From Opitutales bacterium (GTDB lineage Bacteria; Verrucomicrobiota; Verrucomicrobiia; Opitutales; JABSRG01): DNA of 64,000 nucleotides. The stretch covers positions 1 through 64,000 of the forward strand of contig JBMYOQ010000003.1 of NCBI GenBank assembly GCA_049599475.1. The letters are read 5' to 3'. Both the position numbers and the translations under genes were made by a program. The stretch's first letter is position 1. The number at the start of each line of letters is the position of its first letter. Below the pieces are notes generated by a model. It was not told where the DNA came from, searched no databases, and was given only the letters and a program-made list of their open reading frames with translations. Shown in pieces: positions 52,511-63,470 of this stretch.

Positions 52511-53818
52511 TTAGACGGTCCAGGGATCGCGCATGGGCACATTCATCAAGGCCGAGGCCTCGGCGTCGCCGACAATCGTTTCACTGACCGGGTCCCACTT
52601 CAGTTTGCGCCCACCGAGTTTCATCGAGATGTGATGCAAAACACAGATCGTGTTGGAGCGATGCCCGACCTCGACCGGACAGACAGGATCACTGCCATCG
52701 CGTGCGGAGGTGATGAAATCGCTCATATGGTTACGACTTTGATAAAGGCTGATCTCGTCGCCAGTGGGTCTGCGACGTAAAATCTCTTTATCGCTGGCTT
52801 TCAAGGCCCCGCGCGAGCAATAGACCCAGCCATCTTCAGTCACAAAGCGGACGCCTGGTTTCCCGTTATTGGAGGTCATACGGACTCCATTACTATATAG
52901 GGCCTCCCCTTGGTAATCAACGTGCACATTGAAATGCCCACGATCTGGGAATTCGCCTTTAGCCTGAATCTCGACTGGGCCACTATCTCGATCCGTCCCC
53001 ATGGCCCATTGGCCAATATCATACATATGCGATCCCCAGCCTGTAATCATTCCCAGGCAGAAGCGCTCCACCTGTAGCCAGCCTGGCCTTCCGTATCCAT
53101 TTTGTGGATGCACGCGGCTTTCTATATAAGGCATATCTGGACAAGGCCCCAACCAGAGGTCGTAATTCAAGTCACTCGGAGGAGCGCTAGGCTCGCCGTT
53201 GGCAACCCCCTTATCGGTTGGCAGCTCCACCTGGATTTCTTTGAGCTGTCCCAACCAATTGTTTCTCACGACATTACATGCGATGAAGAAGCGGCTCATT
53301 GAGCGCTGCTGAGATCCAGTTTGTAAGACAACATTATTTGCCCTGACCGCTTTCACCAAAGCTTTGCCTTCAGGAATCGAATAGGCAAGCGGTTTTTGAA
53401 GGTAAATATGTTTGCCTGCATTTGCGGCCATCACACCGATAATACCATGCCAGTTATCAGGAGTGGATATAACGACTCCGTCGATATCATTCCGCATTAA
53501 AAGCTCACGAAAATCTTGATACACATCAACCTTTACGGCGGCCTCTCCCTTATTCGTATAGAACTCGGTGACTATATTTTTCGAATCGTTGGCACGTTTT
53601 AGGTCAACGTCACACACGGCGATTACGCGTGCATTGTTCCCCTCTTTCCAGCCGCTATTGAGTGCGTTTTTCATATCGCCTCGCCCCATGCGTCCACAGC
53701 CAATCTGCGCTAGCTGCATGGTCGAATTCTTGGTGCTGCTTCCCCACAGTCCACTTGGAGTGAGAGAGCAAGCGGCTCCCAGGATTAGGCTATCTTGGAT
53801 AAAGGTTCTTCTTTTCAT
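52511..53818 (-). CDS. Tat-exported Gfo/Idh/MocA oxidoreductase
   Basis: MKRRTFIQ (start 53818), IGCGRMG, ISTPDNWH, YLQKP, QTGSQQRS, GMITGWGSH. Confidence 0.92.
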   Translation of the reverse strand: MKRRTFIQDSLILGAACSLTPSGLWGSSTKNSTMQLAQIGCGRMGRGDMKNALNSGWKEGNNARVIAVCDVDLKRANDSKNIVTEFYTNKGEAAVKVDVYQDFRELLMRNDIDGVVISTPDNWHGIIGVMAANAGKHIYLQKPLAYSIPEGKALVKAVRANNVVLQTGSQQRSMSRFFIACNVVRNNWLGQLKEIQVELPTDKGVANGEPSAPPSDLNYDLWLGPCPDMPYIESRVHPQNGYGRPGWLQVERFCLGMITGWGSHMYDIGQWAMGTDRDSGPVEIQAKGEFPDRGHFNVHVDYQGEALYSNGVRMTSNNGKPGVRFVTEDGWVYCSRGALKASDKEILRRRPTGDEISLYQSRNHMSDFITSARDGSDPVCPVEVGHRSNTICVLHHISMKLGGRKLKWDPVSETIVGDAEASALMNVPMRDPWTV

Positions 53819-53825
53819 AGGTCGA

Positions 53826-54788
53826 TTATTTGGCGGTAAAGGATTCGTGGGTTTGCTCAGCCTTGCCGACTGGTTGATCTGGGGCATCTAAATCCCCAAT
53901 TGCGTATTGAATGCCGTTGAGGACAAATTTCATAAGCGCAGGATTTTCAAAACTCTGAGCATTGTGAGACGGGCTACAGTAAAAGACGCGCCCTTCGCCA
54001 TGCGTTTTGATCCAGGAAATATATCGCCTCACCTGCTGCTGCCCAGGCGACCGTTTTATCATTTTCTTGAGATCCGAAGGCTTGAGTTCGTTCAGATCCA
54101 TCTCGAGCAACGGATGAAAATTAAAGTCGAAATAGGTATCTTTGAAGCAGTATGGCTCATCGTAGTGCACCATATTTTCACCACCGAAAGCGGATGAAAT
54201 AGGGTGATCATGATCGAGGACGACGCAGGTCATCATTTGTTGCTTGGGGTGAAAATCAAAGGCGCCGCCTAAGACTTCGTTAAAGCCATCCGTGTTGATC
54301 ATCGCAATCGAACCGTGAATGGCGACTGCGCCCTTCCCGCCCGCAACGTATTCGATCAAGTTATCCTCGAGTTGTATGGCTTTATCAACGTCCTCTATCG
54401 CGTCTCGAAATAGATGACGGTATTTTCGGTGAGAACAGTTGTTTACCAGTACTATTGCGTCGAATTGGTCGATTTTTTCTTTCTCAAAAAGCGAGATATC
54501 ATCCGAAATCAACGCCTCGTAAGCTCCCGTCTTCTCACCCAAAATTCTCACGACCTCTGCTGTGTGTGGAGTGGCCCAGTGCACGAAGCCCGTAATTTTC
54601 GTGAAGACCAGAACCTTGCGCGGTTGAGCAGCCTCGGCGTCCGCCTTTTCTGGAGCACGTGATTCGATGAGCTCCAGCCATTCATCATTGAGAGGAAATC
54701 GACCAACTTTTTCAGAGAATCCCTCCGCGGGAATAATCCAAAGGGCGATTAGTAAGAACCAGCAGATCTGCTTAAAATATGAATCCAT
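53826..54788 (-). CDS. ThuA-like (trehalose utilization, class I glutamine amidotransferase fold) protein
   Basis: KVLVFTKITGFVH, GGKGAVAIH, DEPY, HGEGRVFYCSPSH, LNGIQYAIGDL. Start uncertain (54788 or 54818). Confidence 0.85.
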   Translation of the reverse strand: MDSYFKQICWFLLIALWIIPAEGFSEKVGRFPLNDEWLELIESRAPEKADAEAAQPRKVLVFTKITGFVHWATPHTAEVVRILGEKTGAYEALISDDISLFEKEKIDQFDAIVLVNNCSHRKYRHLFRDAIEDVDKAIQLEDNLIEYVAGGKGAVAIHGSIAMINTDGFNEVLGGAFDFHPKQQMMTCVVLDHDHPISSAFGGENMVHYDEPYCFKDTYFDFNFHPLLEMDLNELKPSDLKKMIKRSPGQQQVRRYISWIKTHGEGRVFYCSPSHNAQSFENPALMKFVLNGIQYAIGDLDAPDQPVGKAEQTHESFTAK

Positions 54789-55263
54789 ATAGGGTAAATG
54801 TAGTGGCTGGGGTTTCATCGATCCTATAAACATCACCCTTATAGAATCGGTCGCACATGGCGTAGGTAGACAGATGAATAGCCTTTTTGATCGGCAGGAA
54901 GTTCTGTCATGTTCCCATATTAACACGAAGGAGGTATTTTCCCTACTTCACTGCGTGCGAAGAAATCTTCATTTCGTGCACAATAAAGATCCACTCAACA
55001 ACTTGAAATTTAGTCATACCAGGCGGCGTTAAGACCTTATTCATCAACGACACGGGTTGATCGATCAACGAAACCGGCAGGGACACCCCTTAATTCAACT
55101 TTCTAAAAGCTGTCCACGACGTGCACTTTTAAAGTACAGTCGAATGTAATTTCCTACATAAATGCGAGCAAGGCGGCTAGTCCGGATTTGAGACTCATCT
55201 GTGAGCGATACGAATTACCGATTGATCTCCATGCAGAATACCGCCATAGACCGCGGTTTCACT

Positions 55264-56076
55264 ATGGCAAAACCCATCGCACTGATAACCAACGACGATA
55301 GCATCGAATCCCCATTGCTAGCCCCGCTAGTCGAGGCAGCTTCGGAGGTCTGCGAGGTATTTGTGGTAGCTCCCGCCACGGAACAAAGCTGGATTGGGCG
55401 CGCATATTCGCGTCACCGCAAACTCCAGATAAAGGAGTCTGGGGCCTTCAGTCACCCGACATGGACGATCGATGGGACCCCATCTGATTGCGTGAATATT
55501 GGCCTGCACCACCTTTTACCCGTAAAACCCGACATTGTTCTTTCCGGCATCAATATTGGCTATAATGCAACCGCGACCTACATCTACAGTTCAGGCACTG
55601 TCGCGGGAGCCCTCGAAGGAGCCTTTCACAACATTCCCTCAATCGCATTCAGCAAAGCACTGCCCGAGCACGCTTACACAACTGCGACCGAGGAGCGCGT
55701 ATTGGACGAGCAGTCGGTGATCGATTCTGTAAAAAGCGACCAGAAACGCATTCCCAAGATGATCGAGAACGCCCTGAGCGCTGAGACAGAACTTGGCCGT
55801 GTCTGGAACATTAACTTCCCGGAGGCATCTGACGAGCATTCTGACATCGCCTACACGCACCCAATCCGGCTCCCTGGTTTTTCGTTTTTCAAAATAAATG
55901 AAGACCAAGTCGCCCATTTCGAATTTTCAACCAGCGGCAAATTGGACATTCCTGAAGATACCGACATAGCAGCTATCCGCAGAGGAGATATTTCTGTCTC
56001 TATTCTAGGGTTTGGACAGTTGACCCAGTGGAACGGTTCGCAGGAAGATGATCCTCTACGCTTGAAAAGCTGCTAA
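55264..56076 (+). CDS. surE: 5'/3'-nucleotidase SurE
   Basis: LITNDD, VVAPATEQSW, GTPSDCV, SGINIGYN, SGTVAGA. Start MAKP at 55264. Confidence 0.93.
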   Translation: MAKPIALITNDDSIESPLLAPLVEAASEVCEVFVVAPATEQSWIGRAYSRHRKLQIKESGAFSHPTWTIDGTPSDCVNIGLHHLLPVKPDIVLSGINIGYNATATYIYSSGTVAGALEGAFHNIPSIAFSKALPEHAYTTATEERVLDEQSVIDSVKSDQKRIPKMIENALSAETELGRVWNINFPEASDEHSDIAYTHPIRLPGFSFFKINEDQVAHFEFSTSGKLDIPEDTDIAAIRRGDISVSILGFGQLTQWNGSQEDDPLRLKSC

Positions 56077-56106
56077 GCCGCCCCTATGCCTCGATTTTGA
56101 TCATTT

Positions 56107-57357
56107 ATGAAGCTGACTAAAGTCCTTTCTTTAAGCCTTTTAGCCCTCTCTGCCGCGCTGGCACAGATCCTTCCTGCCCAGACTCCTGAAGAAGAGCAAT
56201 CGGCAGAATCATTCGAGGGCATCTGGGAGGCCTCCTTCCCCGAGACGAATCAAAAAGCATTCCTCTTCGTGAAAGGTAATCAGATTGCCTCGTTTTTCTT
56301 CGATTTTACCGACGACAATTTGGTCCATCCGGCGGAGTGGTCCTTCGAGACTGCACCCTCTCCGAAACTACGCATCACCAGCGAAAAGGGAGACAGCTTT
56401 GAAATCGTCCGCGGAGAAACCAGCTACCAAGTCTATTGGGGACGCCCGGATGGCAGCTTCGCAAACGGCTCGGCGATCTCGGTGCCCGAATCAGAGGTTG
56501 GAAAGTTAGCGGTATCTCCCGATGAGGCCAAACGCCGTGATACCACGCTGGCATCGGCCGAGGGCTTTTTTGGCACGTGGGAAATACAGCCCAAAGAAGG
56601 TCTACCTTTCTATATAGTTGTAGAAGACAACCGGACTGCAGGCAGCTCCTATCCATTCTCCACCTACGGAACTCGCGGATTGCGGGGTCGCTGGGTGAAA
56701 CGTGGCGATGAACTTCATATCATGTGGGATTCGGGACACTATTCAGTGATCAAGGAGCTTCCAAACCGTTATGAATCGGTCTTTTACAACCCTGGAGATG
56801 CTCTGAATGACGAAGCTAGCGGTGAGACGACGATCGCGTCTCGTGTTGATTTCCGTACGCCCGGCATCTGGGCAACAGAATACGCTGAGACCAAGCCCAC
56901 CTACGCGACCTCAATATCGGCGTTCAGAAAGCGCAGTAACGCGCGTTCATTCTATCGGGGTAAGTGGGATGTCGTAGATCACGACGGAAGCCTCAAAGAG
57001 ACTCTCGACTTCAGCCGCTTCCAAGACATCGATTCAAACCGTGAGGGAGGTATCGATGGCTCATGGAGAATCAGTTCAGACTGGGCTTACATTACCTGGG
57101 AAGACGGCCTCAGGGCAGTCGTTCAGCCGATTGACGACGCATTCGCGATTTCGATTTTCCTCCCCAATCAGGCTCTCGACGGAACTCCCTATAAATATTT
57201 TCCGCTCGTTCCCCACGACAGTGGAAAATACGCAAAATACATTGAGAAGCGCACCGAAGCGACAGAACGCCTACGCGAGTATCTCGAAGACGAGCGTCGC
57301 GATGCTGAACGCCGCCGCGCCCGCGAGAATTGGTTTAGCTTCTGGCCCTTCGACTAG
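56107..57357 (+). CDS. Secreted hypothetical protein with three related beta-rich repeats
   Basis: Signal peptide, FEGIW/FFGTW/YRGKW and GRW..LHIMWDSG / GSW..AYITWEDG. Confidence 0.7.
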   Translation: MKLTKVLSLSLLALSAALAQILPAQTPEEEQSAESFEGIWEASFPETNQKAFLFVKGNQIASFFFDFTDDNLVHPAEWSFETAPSPKLRITSEKGDSFEIVRGETSYQVYWGRPDGSFANGSAISVPESEVGKLAVSPDEAKRRDTTLASAEGFFGTWEIQPKEGLPFYIVVEDNRTAGSSYPFSTYGTRGLRGRWVKRGDELHIMWDSGHYSVIKELPNRYESVFYNPGDALNDEASGETTIASRVDFRTPGIWATEYAETKPTYATSISAFRKRSNARSFYRGKWDVVDHDGSLKETLDFSRFQDIDSNREGGIDGSWRISSDWAYITWEDGLRAVVQPIDDAFAISIFLPNQALDGTPYKYFPLVPHDSGKYAKYIEKRTEATERLREYLEDERRDAERRRARENWFSFWPFD

Positions 57358-58709
57358 GAAGAGGCCGGCTCGGTAGAGTTCACATCCTCAATTACCGAGG
57401 GGAAGAGAAATTCGAAGTCGTTGATCGTTGTCCCTTGAGGCAGCCCATCCACGTCGAATCCCATACTACCGAGTAAGCCCAGTGGAGGTTTGTCCGTGAC
57501 AGAAGAGACATCCATCAGCAGTTGCTGCTGCACGAGAGTCAATGCTTCTTCCAATGAAAACGCGGCTCCAAGCCCTTTTCCACTTTTCTCAAAAAACGCA
57601 TTAAGCACACCGCCGTCGATTTTATCTGGGCGTGCTTCCTTAAGATATTCCAACCACGAAACGATTTGCTCAAAATTCCCGGGCCAATCATAAGCGATCA
57701 GGCGACTACTCACTTCAGCACTGTAATTCTGAGGCCAGAGCCCTTGAGGCAACCATTGCTCGGAACTATTACAGAGTAGAAAGACAATATCTGCTACACG
57801 CCCCTCGAGTGCCGGCACTTCGATACTAGTAGCCCTAAATATCCGCTTCACATGAAGAACACCTTCATTTTCTACAAGCTCTTTGCGCCCTACGAAGGCA
57901 AAGCGAATAGCTTTTTCTGAACCAAACATCTCTGCGGCGGATTCATATAGATAAGCTAGCGCATCAAACGCATCTTCGTCATCAATCTCTTCAAATTCAG
58001 AGATAACAACTGTGATGTGCTCGAATTCCTGAACAGCCTGCTCCAGCTCGGGCCGGATATCAGTATCTATAAATGCTTTGAGTGGTATCGGATCGAGGAC
58101 ATGCCGACTCAGGCCTTCCCAACATGCACACTCTTGGAGACCTAAACGCGCTTCGCCACCCTTGGGATTAATGAGCATCAGCACATCATTTCGACTCCAA
58201 GCTGAGTACATTTTTTCTATCCAACGCTTAGCAGCCGGAGTCTGGTCCGACAAAAACTGTAGAGGCGTCTGATACGACGGACGTGTAGTCCCCATATAGA
58301 GATTCTTAAGCCTATGAAATGGGTCCTCAGTCGATTGTGACGATTCGGAATCTGGCTCTACAAAACACCGCACCTGCCCTAGGAACATCTCTGTATCCAG
58401 CGGTTTCTCATAAACTCGTGTTGCGCCCAAATTGGCCACTTTCACCAGTTCAGCTGTATCCATCACGCCAGAAACTAGGAAAACTGGTAACCGTGGCTGA
58501 ATGCCTCGCACTTTTTTCAAAAAAGCGGCGCCGTCCATAAGCGGCATACGATAATCAGACACAATCAGAATATACTGACGATCACGGATCATGCGATAGG
58601 CATCATTCGCACTCGTCGCAACATCCACGGCAAAACCATGCTCATTGAGCAGAGCTCGCAGCATCAGGGCGTAATTTTCCTCGTCGTCTAGAACTAAAAT
58701 CTGGGACAC
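57354..58709 (-). CDS. Response regulator with degenerate sigma-54-activator-like AAA+ region
   Basis: ILVLDDE, SDYRMPLMDG, EKP receiver motifs. VPALEGRVADI and YDWPGN are present, but no GxxGxGK or GAFTGA. Confidence 0.75.
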   Translation of the reverse strand: MSQILVLDDEENYALMLRALLNEHGFAVDVATSANDAYRMIRDRQYILIVSDYRMPLMDGAAFLKKVRGIQPRLPVFLVSGVMDTAELVKVANLGATRVYEKPLDTEMFLGQVRCFVEPDSESSQSTEDPFHRLKNLYMGTTRPSYQTPLQFLSDQTPAAKRWIEKMYSAWSRNDVLMLINPKGGEARLGLQECACWEGLSRHVLDPIPLKAFIDTDIRPELEQAVQEFEHITVVISEFEEIDDEDAFDALAYLYESAAEMFGSEKAIRFAFVGRKELVENEGVLHVKRIFRATSIEVPALEGRVADIVFLLCNSSEQWLPQGLWPQNYSAEVSSRLIAYDWPGNFEQIVSWLEYLKEARPDKIDGGVLNAFFEKSGKGLGAAFSLEEALTLVQQQLLMDVSSVTDKPPLGLLGSMGFDVDGLPQGTTINDFEFLFPSVIEDVNSTEPASS

Positions 58710-58904
58710 AATCCAAAGATCGGCCCGGATGTTTCAAAGTTGAGCCTGCACTATCAATAAGACGTTGCAGGTGGCTAAATAACTCTCAATCCTCGACGTA
58801 TTATGCTGAAACGAGCCTGGTTTTTGCTATTTCAGCCCAGATTCGTTTATTCTTAAATTTACAAATTACCGAACCCGTCGCCCAAATCGCTGTTTTATTC
58901 ATTT

Positions 58905-60488
58905 ATGAGACTATTTTCACTGTTGATTCTCGCCCTACTCCCACTCGCCTCGGTTTCGCTCGTTCATGCACAGGATGCAGAGAGCACCCCGGACACTCTA
59001 GCCGCTGAAGAGGCAGCACCAGAGGCCTCCGAATCAGTATCCGAGGCAGCAGATACCGAAACCATTATTGAGGAGGAGCCAGCAGAGGAGAACCCAGTGG
59101 TAAAACTGCGTGAAGAGTCCGAGCTGCTGAGGACTGAAAGCGGATTGCGTGAATTACAAATCAAGGCAGAGCTTGCCGATCAGATTGCAGAGACTCAGCG
59201 CTTACAAATCGAAGCAGCACACAGGCGCGCAAAATTACAGGAGGAGCTCTCAGAACTCCAGACTGAGCGAGATACTTTGAAAGCGGAAATGTCTCTCAGG
59301 GAGACCAAAGCAGCGGCTGAACTAGCAGAACTTTCCCAGGCAAACCAACGCCTTGAGCAAGAACTCAAAAACGCCGACCTCGAAGCGCGTCAAGGTCTCG
59401 CCGAGATTACCCGGGAACGCGAGCGCCTCAAAGTAGAGTTTTCACTTCGCGAGCAACGCCTCCGCGACGAATTATCAGAAAAGGAGCTCGAGCGCCTACG
59501 CACTCAGTCTGAATTGGCCATGGCGAGCGATCGCATGAAGATCCGCGAACTCGAGATTCAAGCAGAGAAGCAGGAACTCTTACATGAAGCCCAAAAGATC
59601 GATCTAGCTCGCAAGAAACTGCAAGCCGAGAACGAGCGCGCTGCCGTCGAACTCGTGCGTCTCAAGCAAAAGCTCGAATTGCGCAACCAGGAGAAACAAT
59701 GGAAACGCGCTGTTGAAGAGCCTTTAGAATACCCTGCTGAGCCATTCGATGGAACAGCCCTCGCTATTTCCGATCGGCGTATCGCCCTCAATGGCCCCAT
59801 CATTACCGGCACCGCAAACTACATCACTCAGCGTATTCATTTCTTTAATAACCAGGACGACGATTCGCCGATTTTTATCGTGATCGATAGTAGCCCCGGT
59901 GGGTCGGTGATGGAAGGTTACCGGATCCTCAAAGCGATGGAAGCGAGTTCGGCTCCTATTCACGTAGTCGTAAAGAGCTTTGCAGCAAGCATGGCGGCAG
60001 TCATTCTGACCATGGCCGAAGAGTCTTACGCATTCCCAAATGCCGTGATCCTTCACCACCAGCCTTGGAGCTTCTCTGTCGGTAATATTACCCAACAGTC
60101 CGAGCAAATGGAGATTTTCAAAGACTGGGCAAAGCGCCTCCACCAACCCGTCGCCGACAAAATGGGCGTGACCCTTGAAGAGTTCTACACCGAGATGTAT
60201 GAGAACAATTCCATGGGCGACTGGCAGGAATTCGCAGATAAAGCGCAGGAACTGAAATGGGTCGACCACATCACCCTCGAATTGCGCGAAGAAGGTATCA
60301 CTGAAAAACCCACAGGTCGCGCCCCACGCCCCTTCTTCTTCTTTTTTGCAGGAGATGATGGCGAACTCGTCCCCGAAGAAGGCCTAGAAGCACGCATCCC
60401 ACGCTCGGCGATGCTCCCTGCTCCGGATCCGTTCGACTTTTACTTTCTCTACAATCGGATGGGCTTCTACCGCTGGCCCAACCTCTAA
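58905..60488 (+). CDS. Exported protein: long coiled coil + ClpP-like (S14) serine protease domain
   Basis: Signal peptide, ~200-aa E/L/R/K/Q heptad region, IDSSPGGSV, AASMAA (Ser), HHQP (His). Confidence 0.82.
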   Translation: MRLFSLLILALLPLASVSLVHAQDAESTPDTLAAEEAAPEASESVSEAADTETIIEEEPAEENPVVKLREESELLRTESGLRELQIKAELADQIAETQRLQIEAAHRRAKLQEELSELQTERDTLKAEMSLRETKAAAELAELSQANQRLEQELKNADLEARQGLAEITRERERLKVEFSLREQRLRDELSEKELERLRTQSELAMASDRMKIRELEIQAEKQELLHEAQKIDLARKKLQAENERAAVELVRLKQKLELRNQEKQWKRAVEEPLEYPAEPFDGTALAISDRRIALNGPIITGTANYITQRIHFFNNQDDDSPIFIVIDSSPGGSVMEGYRILKAMEASSAPIHVVVKSFAASMAAVILTMAEESYAFPNAVILHHQPWSFSVGNITQQSEQMEIFKDWAKRLHQPVADKMGVTLEEFYTEMYENNSMGDWQEFADKAQELKWVDHITLELREEGITEKPTGRAPRPFFFFFAGDDGELVPEEGLEARIPRSAMLPAPDPFDFYFLYNRMGFYRWPNL

Positions 60489-60595
60489 GAAAGAGAAGTT
60501 TAAAAAGACACGTAAGCCTTTTGTCGCATATCAGTTTTCGTAGACGAAATTATCGTCACTATGCGATTATTTTGAGGACCCTCTGCGCATGAGTA

Positions 60596-62863
60596 CTAGC
60601 TCAGGTTCATTGGGTCCACATCGAAGACATCAAGCACGTCGGACGAAGACTTGAACTGCGCGCGAATCTCCTGAAGGCGTCGGCTCGCCTTGGTCGGATT
60701 GTCGGTGAAAAACCAGACATGGTAGCGATACTCATCTCGAATTTTCGCGATGGGTGCTGGAGCTGGCCCGCGGATCTCGGCAATGCCGCCTAAATGCGCT
60801 TCCGCAAACACCACCCATTGATCGATCACAAAGCTGACTTTGTCTTCATTGCGCCCGCGAAAAATGTGGCGAATCAGGTGTCGGAATGGAGGATAGGTAA
60901 ACTCGCGTCGCTGATCTAATTCTTCCGCCAAAAAGCCCTCAAAATCGTTCTGTCGTGCGAAAAGTAAGGGGCCCGAATGGGGCGTAAACGTCTGCGCAAT
61001 AACATCGCCAGCGGCATCGCCTCTTCCGGCTCGCCCCGCAACTTGAACCAAAAGTTGAAAGGTCCGCTCGGCAGCCCGGAAGTCGGGCATGTGCATCGAT
61101 AGATCTGCATCCACAAGACCAACCAGTGTTACATTCGGAAAATCCAAGCCCTTGGCAATCATCTGCGTGCCGATCAAGACATCGATCCTGCCACGCCGAA
61201 AGTCATTCAAAATGGTCCGATACAAATCCTTCCGCTTCATGGTATCCGTATCCATTCTTACCACATTAGCTCTCGGTAGGATGTCCTTCACAGAAGCTTC
61301 AATCCGCTGTGTGCCGAAACCTCGTTTTCTCAATTGCCGAGAACCACACTTGGGACACAGCCCCGGCACGGGCTGCTCGATACCAGACAAATGGCAACGA
61401 AGCACCTCTTCTGCAGCGTGATAAGTCATCGAAATACTGCTGTTCGGCGACTCCGCAAACCAACCGCAATCTAAGCACTGCAGAGCATTGGCAAACCCTC
61501 TTCGATTGAGAAAGAGAATGCTCTGTTCTTTCTTTTCAAATCGGTCCCGCAACTGATCTATCAACCGTTGGGATAGGCCCATTGCCGCCTTATTCTTTAA
61601 GACTTCTAGACGCATATCCACGATGTGAATCGTCGGAAGCTGCCGATCATCGATCCGCTTATTCATGAGGTCCACGGCGTATTTCCCCTGTTCCACATTG
61701 AACAGAGTCTCCAGCGAAGGTGTCGCGGACCCCAAAATACAGAGGGCTCCTTCAGACTTCGCACGGACGACCGCTAAATCGCGCCCTTGATACCGCGGCG
61801 ATTCATCTTGCTTGTAGGAGGGCTCGTGCTCCTCATCCACCACGATTAATTTCAAATTCTTCAACGGGGCAAAAATCGCCGAGCGAGCACCCACAACAAT
61901 ACGCGTTTCTCCCAACGCCACTTCACGCCAGGCATCGAAACGCTCTCCATCAGATAGATGGCTATGCCAAGCGACAGTTTTAAGCCCCTTGGCTTCCAAC
62001 CGTGCTCGAAGGCGGCTCACCGTCTGCGGAGCTAGTGCAATTTCCGGAACGAGAAATAAGACCGATCCCCCCGCATCGAGCACGCGCTCCGCGGCCTGCA
62101 AATACACTTCAGTTTTCCCGGACCCCGTCACCCCATGCAAGAGGCGCACTGAGAAGCCACCGGTCTCAAGAGCTTGCTCATAGGAGCTGACCACTCGCGC
62201 CTGATCCTCAGTCAAATCCCACGACTTAGCTGCTGAAACCACTTCGTGCTCACCGATTTCGTCACTGTATGGATCTCTCGATACTGTCTCGTAGCTCTCA
62301 CTGAGCCATCCTTTATCCACAAGAGCTTTGTAGCTTGAAGCACCGACTTTCAATCGCTTCAGGATAGTGGTTTTAAGGACCGGCTTAAATTGATCCTGGA
62401 TAAACTGATACAGTTTCGCCTGTTGTGGAGCACGTTTTTGAAGGCGTTCCAATTCATCGTCAGCAGGACGCGTTTTTCCCAATTCCACGAGCACGCGTAT
62501 CTTAGGCGCCATTCCCTTTCGAATTGCCGCGGGAATCATGCATTCGAGCACCTGATCCAGGGTAGCTGCGTAATAGACGCGCATCCAGCGTGCCAGCTCG
62601 ATCAGCGGACGCGTCAATACGGGAAACGGGTGCACGAGTTCGACAACATTCTTGAGTTCGAAGCCCACGGGCTGCTCATCCGTCACCTTATCGACAATCC
62701 CCAGTTCGTAGCGATTGCGCAAGGGCACCCGCACCATGCTCCCCACTGAGACCGCACTAACCATAGTCTCGGGTAAAGCATAGGTGAGCCCATTCGGGAA
62801 AGAGTTCCCGCCCGTCAAAGGAAAGACTTGGACGAAAATCTGAGCTGAGCGCACATCTGCCAT
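60596..62863 (-). CDS. priA: Primosomal protein N' (replication restart helicase)
   Basis: [55 protein letters not shown]. Confidence 0.97.
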   Translation of the reverse strand: MADVRSAQIFVQVFPLTGGNSFPNGLTYALPETMVSAVSVGSMVRVPLRNRYELGIVDKVTDEQPVGFELKNVVELVHPFPVLTRPLIELARWMRVYYAATLDQVLECMIPAAIRKGMAPKIRVLVELGKTRPADDELERLQKRAPQQAKLYQFIQDQFKPVLKTTILKRLKVGASSYKALVDKGWLSESYETVSRDPYSDEIGEHEVVSAAKSWDLTEDQARVVSSYEQALETGGFSVRLLHGVTGSGKTEVYLQAAERVLDAGGSVLFLVPEIALAPQTVSRLRARLEAKGLKTVAWHSHLSDGERFDAWREVALGETRIVVGARSAIFAPLKNLKLIVVDEEHEPSYKQDESPRYQGRDLAVVRAKSEGALCILGSATPSLETLFNVEQGKYAVDLMNKRIDDRQLPTIHIVDMRLEVLKNKAAMGLSQRLIDQLRDRFEKKEQSILFLNRRGFANALQCLDCGWFAESPNSSISMTYHAAEEVLRCHLSGIEQPVPGLCPKCGSRQLRKRGFGTQRIEASVKDILPRANVVRMDTDTMKRKDLYRTILNDFRRGRIDVLIGTQMIAKGLDFPNVTLVGLVDADLSMHMPDFRAAERTFQLLVQVAGRAGRGDAAGDVIAQTFTPHSGPLLFARQNDFEGFLAEELDQRREFTYPPFRHLIRHIFRGRNEDKVSFVIDQWVVFAEAHLGGIAEIRGPAPAPIAKIRDEYRYHVWFFTDNPTKASRRLQEIRAQFKSSSDVLDVFDVDPMNLS

Positions 62864-62957
62864 GAAGCCGACAAGAGTGCCATGCAACCTCTCAAAATTG
62901 CACGCAGGAAATGCTTTGACTCACGATTTCTTCAGTATCAATTTTGTCTCAATAAGC

Positions 62958-63437
62958 ATGAACGACCCTGAAGAAAGCCAACGCGACCCTATTTTCGACT
63001 CATTTAAGGAGTTCCTCTATGCGCGAGGTCTGCGAGTGACAAACCAGCGTCTCGCCATCTTCGACGCTGCGTTCAACATGAAGGATCACTTCACAGCCGA
63101 CACTCTACTAGAAAAGGCCAAAGCGATCGATACTTCGGTGTCCCGCGCTACAGTCTATCGCAGCATTCCCATTCTCGTAGAGAGTAATGTTATCCGCGAA
63201 GTCGATGTAGCCAAAGACTACAAATTCTACGCGACAAATCACGAATCTGAGAATTTTAAAGCTCAGGTCGTTTGCGCAAACTGCGAGAAAATCCACGAGA
63301 TCGATGCCCCCTTCATGGAGTGGTATGGTAAGTCCGTTGCGGATAAACTGAATATGGACATTATCTCCAGACGCCTTCAAGTCGTCGCGAGCTGCAAGAA
63401 GGGCGACGCATGCCCTGATCGCCAAACTCGAGCCTAA
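62958..63437 (+). CDS. Fur-family transcriptional regulator
   Basis: [27 protein letters not shown]. Start MNDPEE at 62958. Confidence 0.9.
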   Translation: MNDPEESQRDPIFDSFKEFLYARGLRVTNQRLAIFDAAFNMKDHFTADTLLEKAKAIDTSVSRATVYRSIPILVESNVIREVDVAKDYKFYATNHESENFKAQVVCANCEKIHEIDAPFMEWYGKSVADKLNMDIISRRLQVVASCKKGDACPDRQTRA

Positions 63438-63470
63438 TGGCACCTTGCTAAACGAATAGCGACCGAAAAT

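Noticed and set aside
63438..63450. Sigma-54 promoter (TGGCAC-C-TTGC)
   Set aside because: The spacing between the GG and GC elements is too short.
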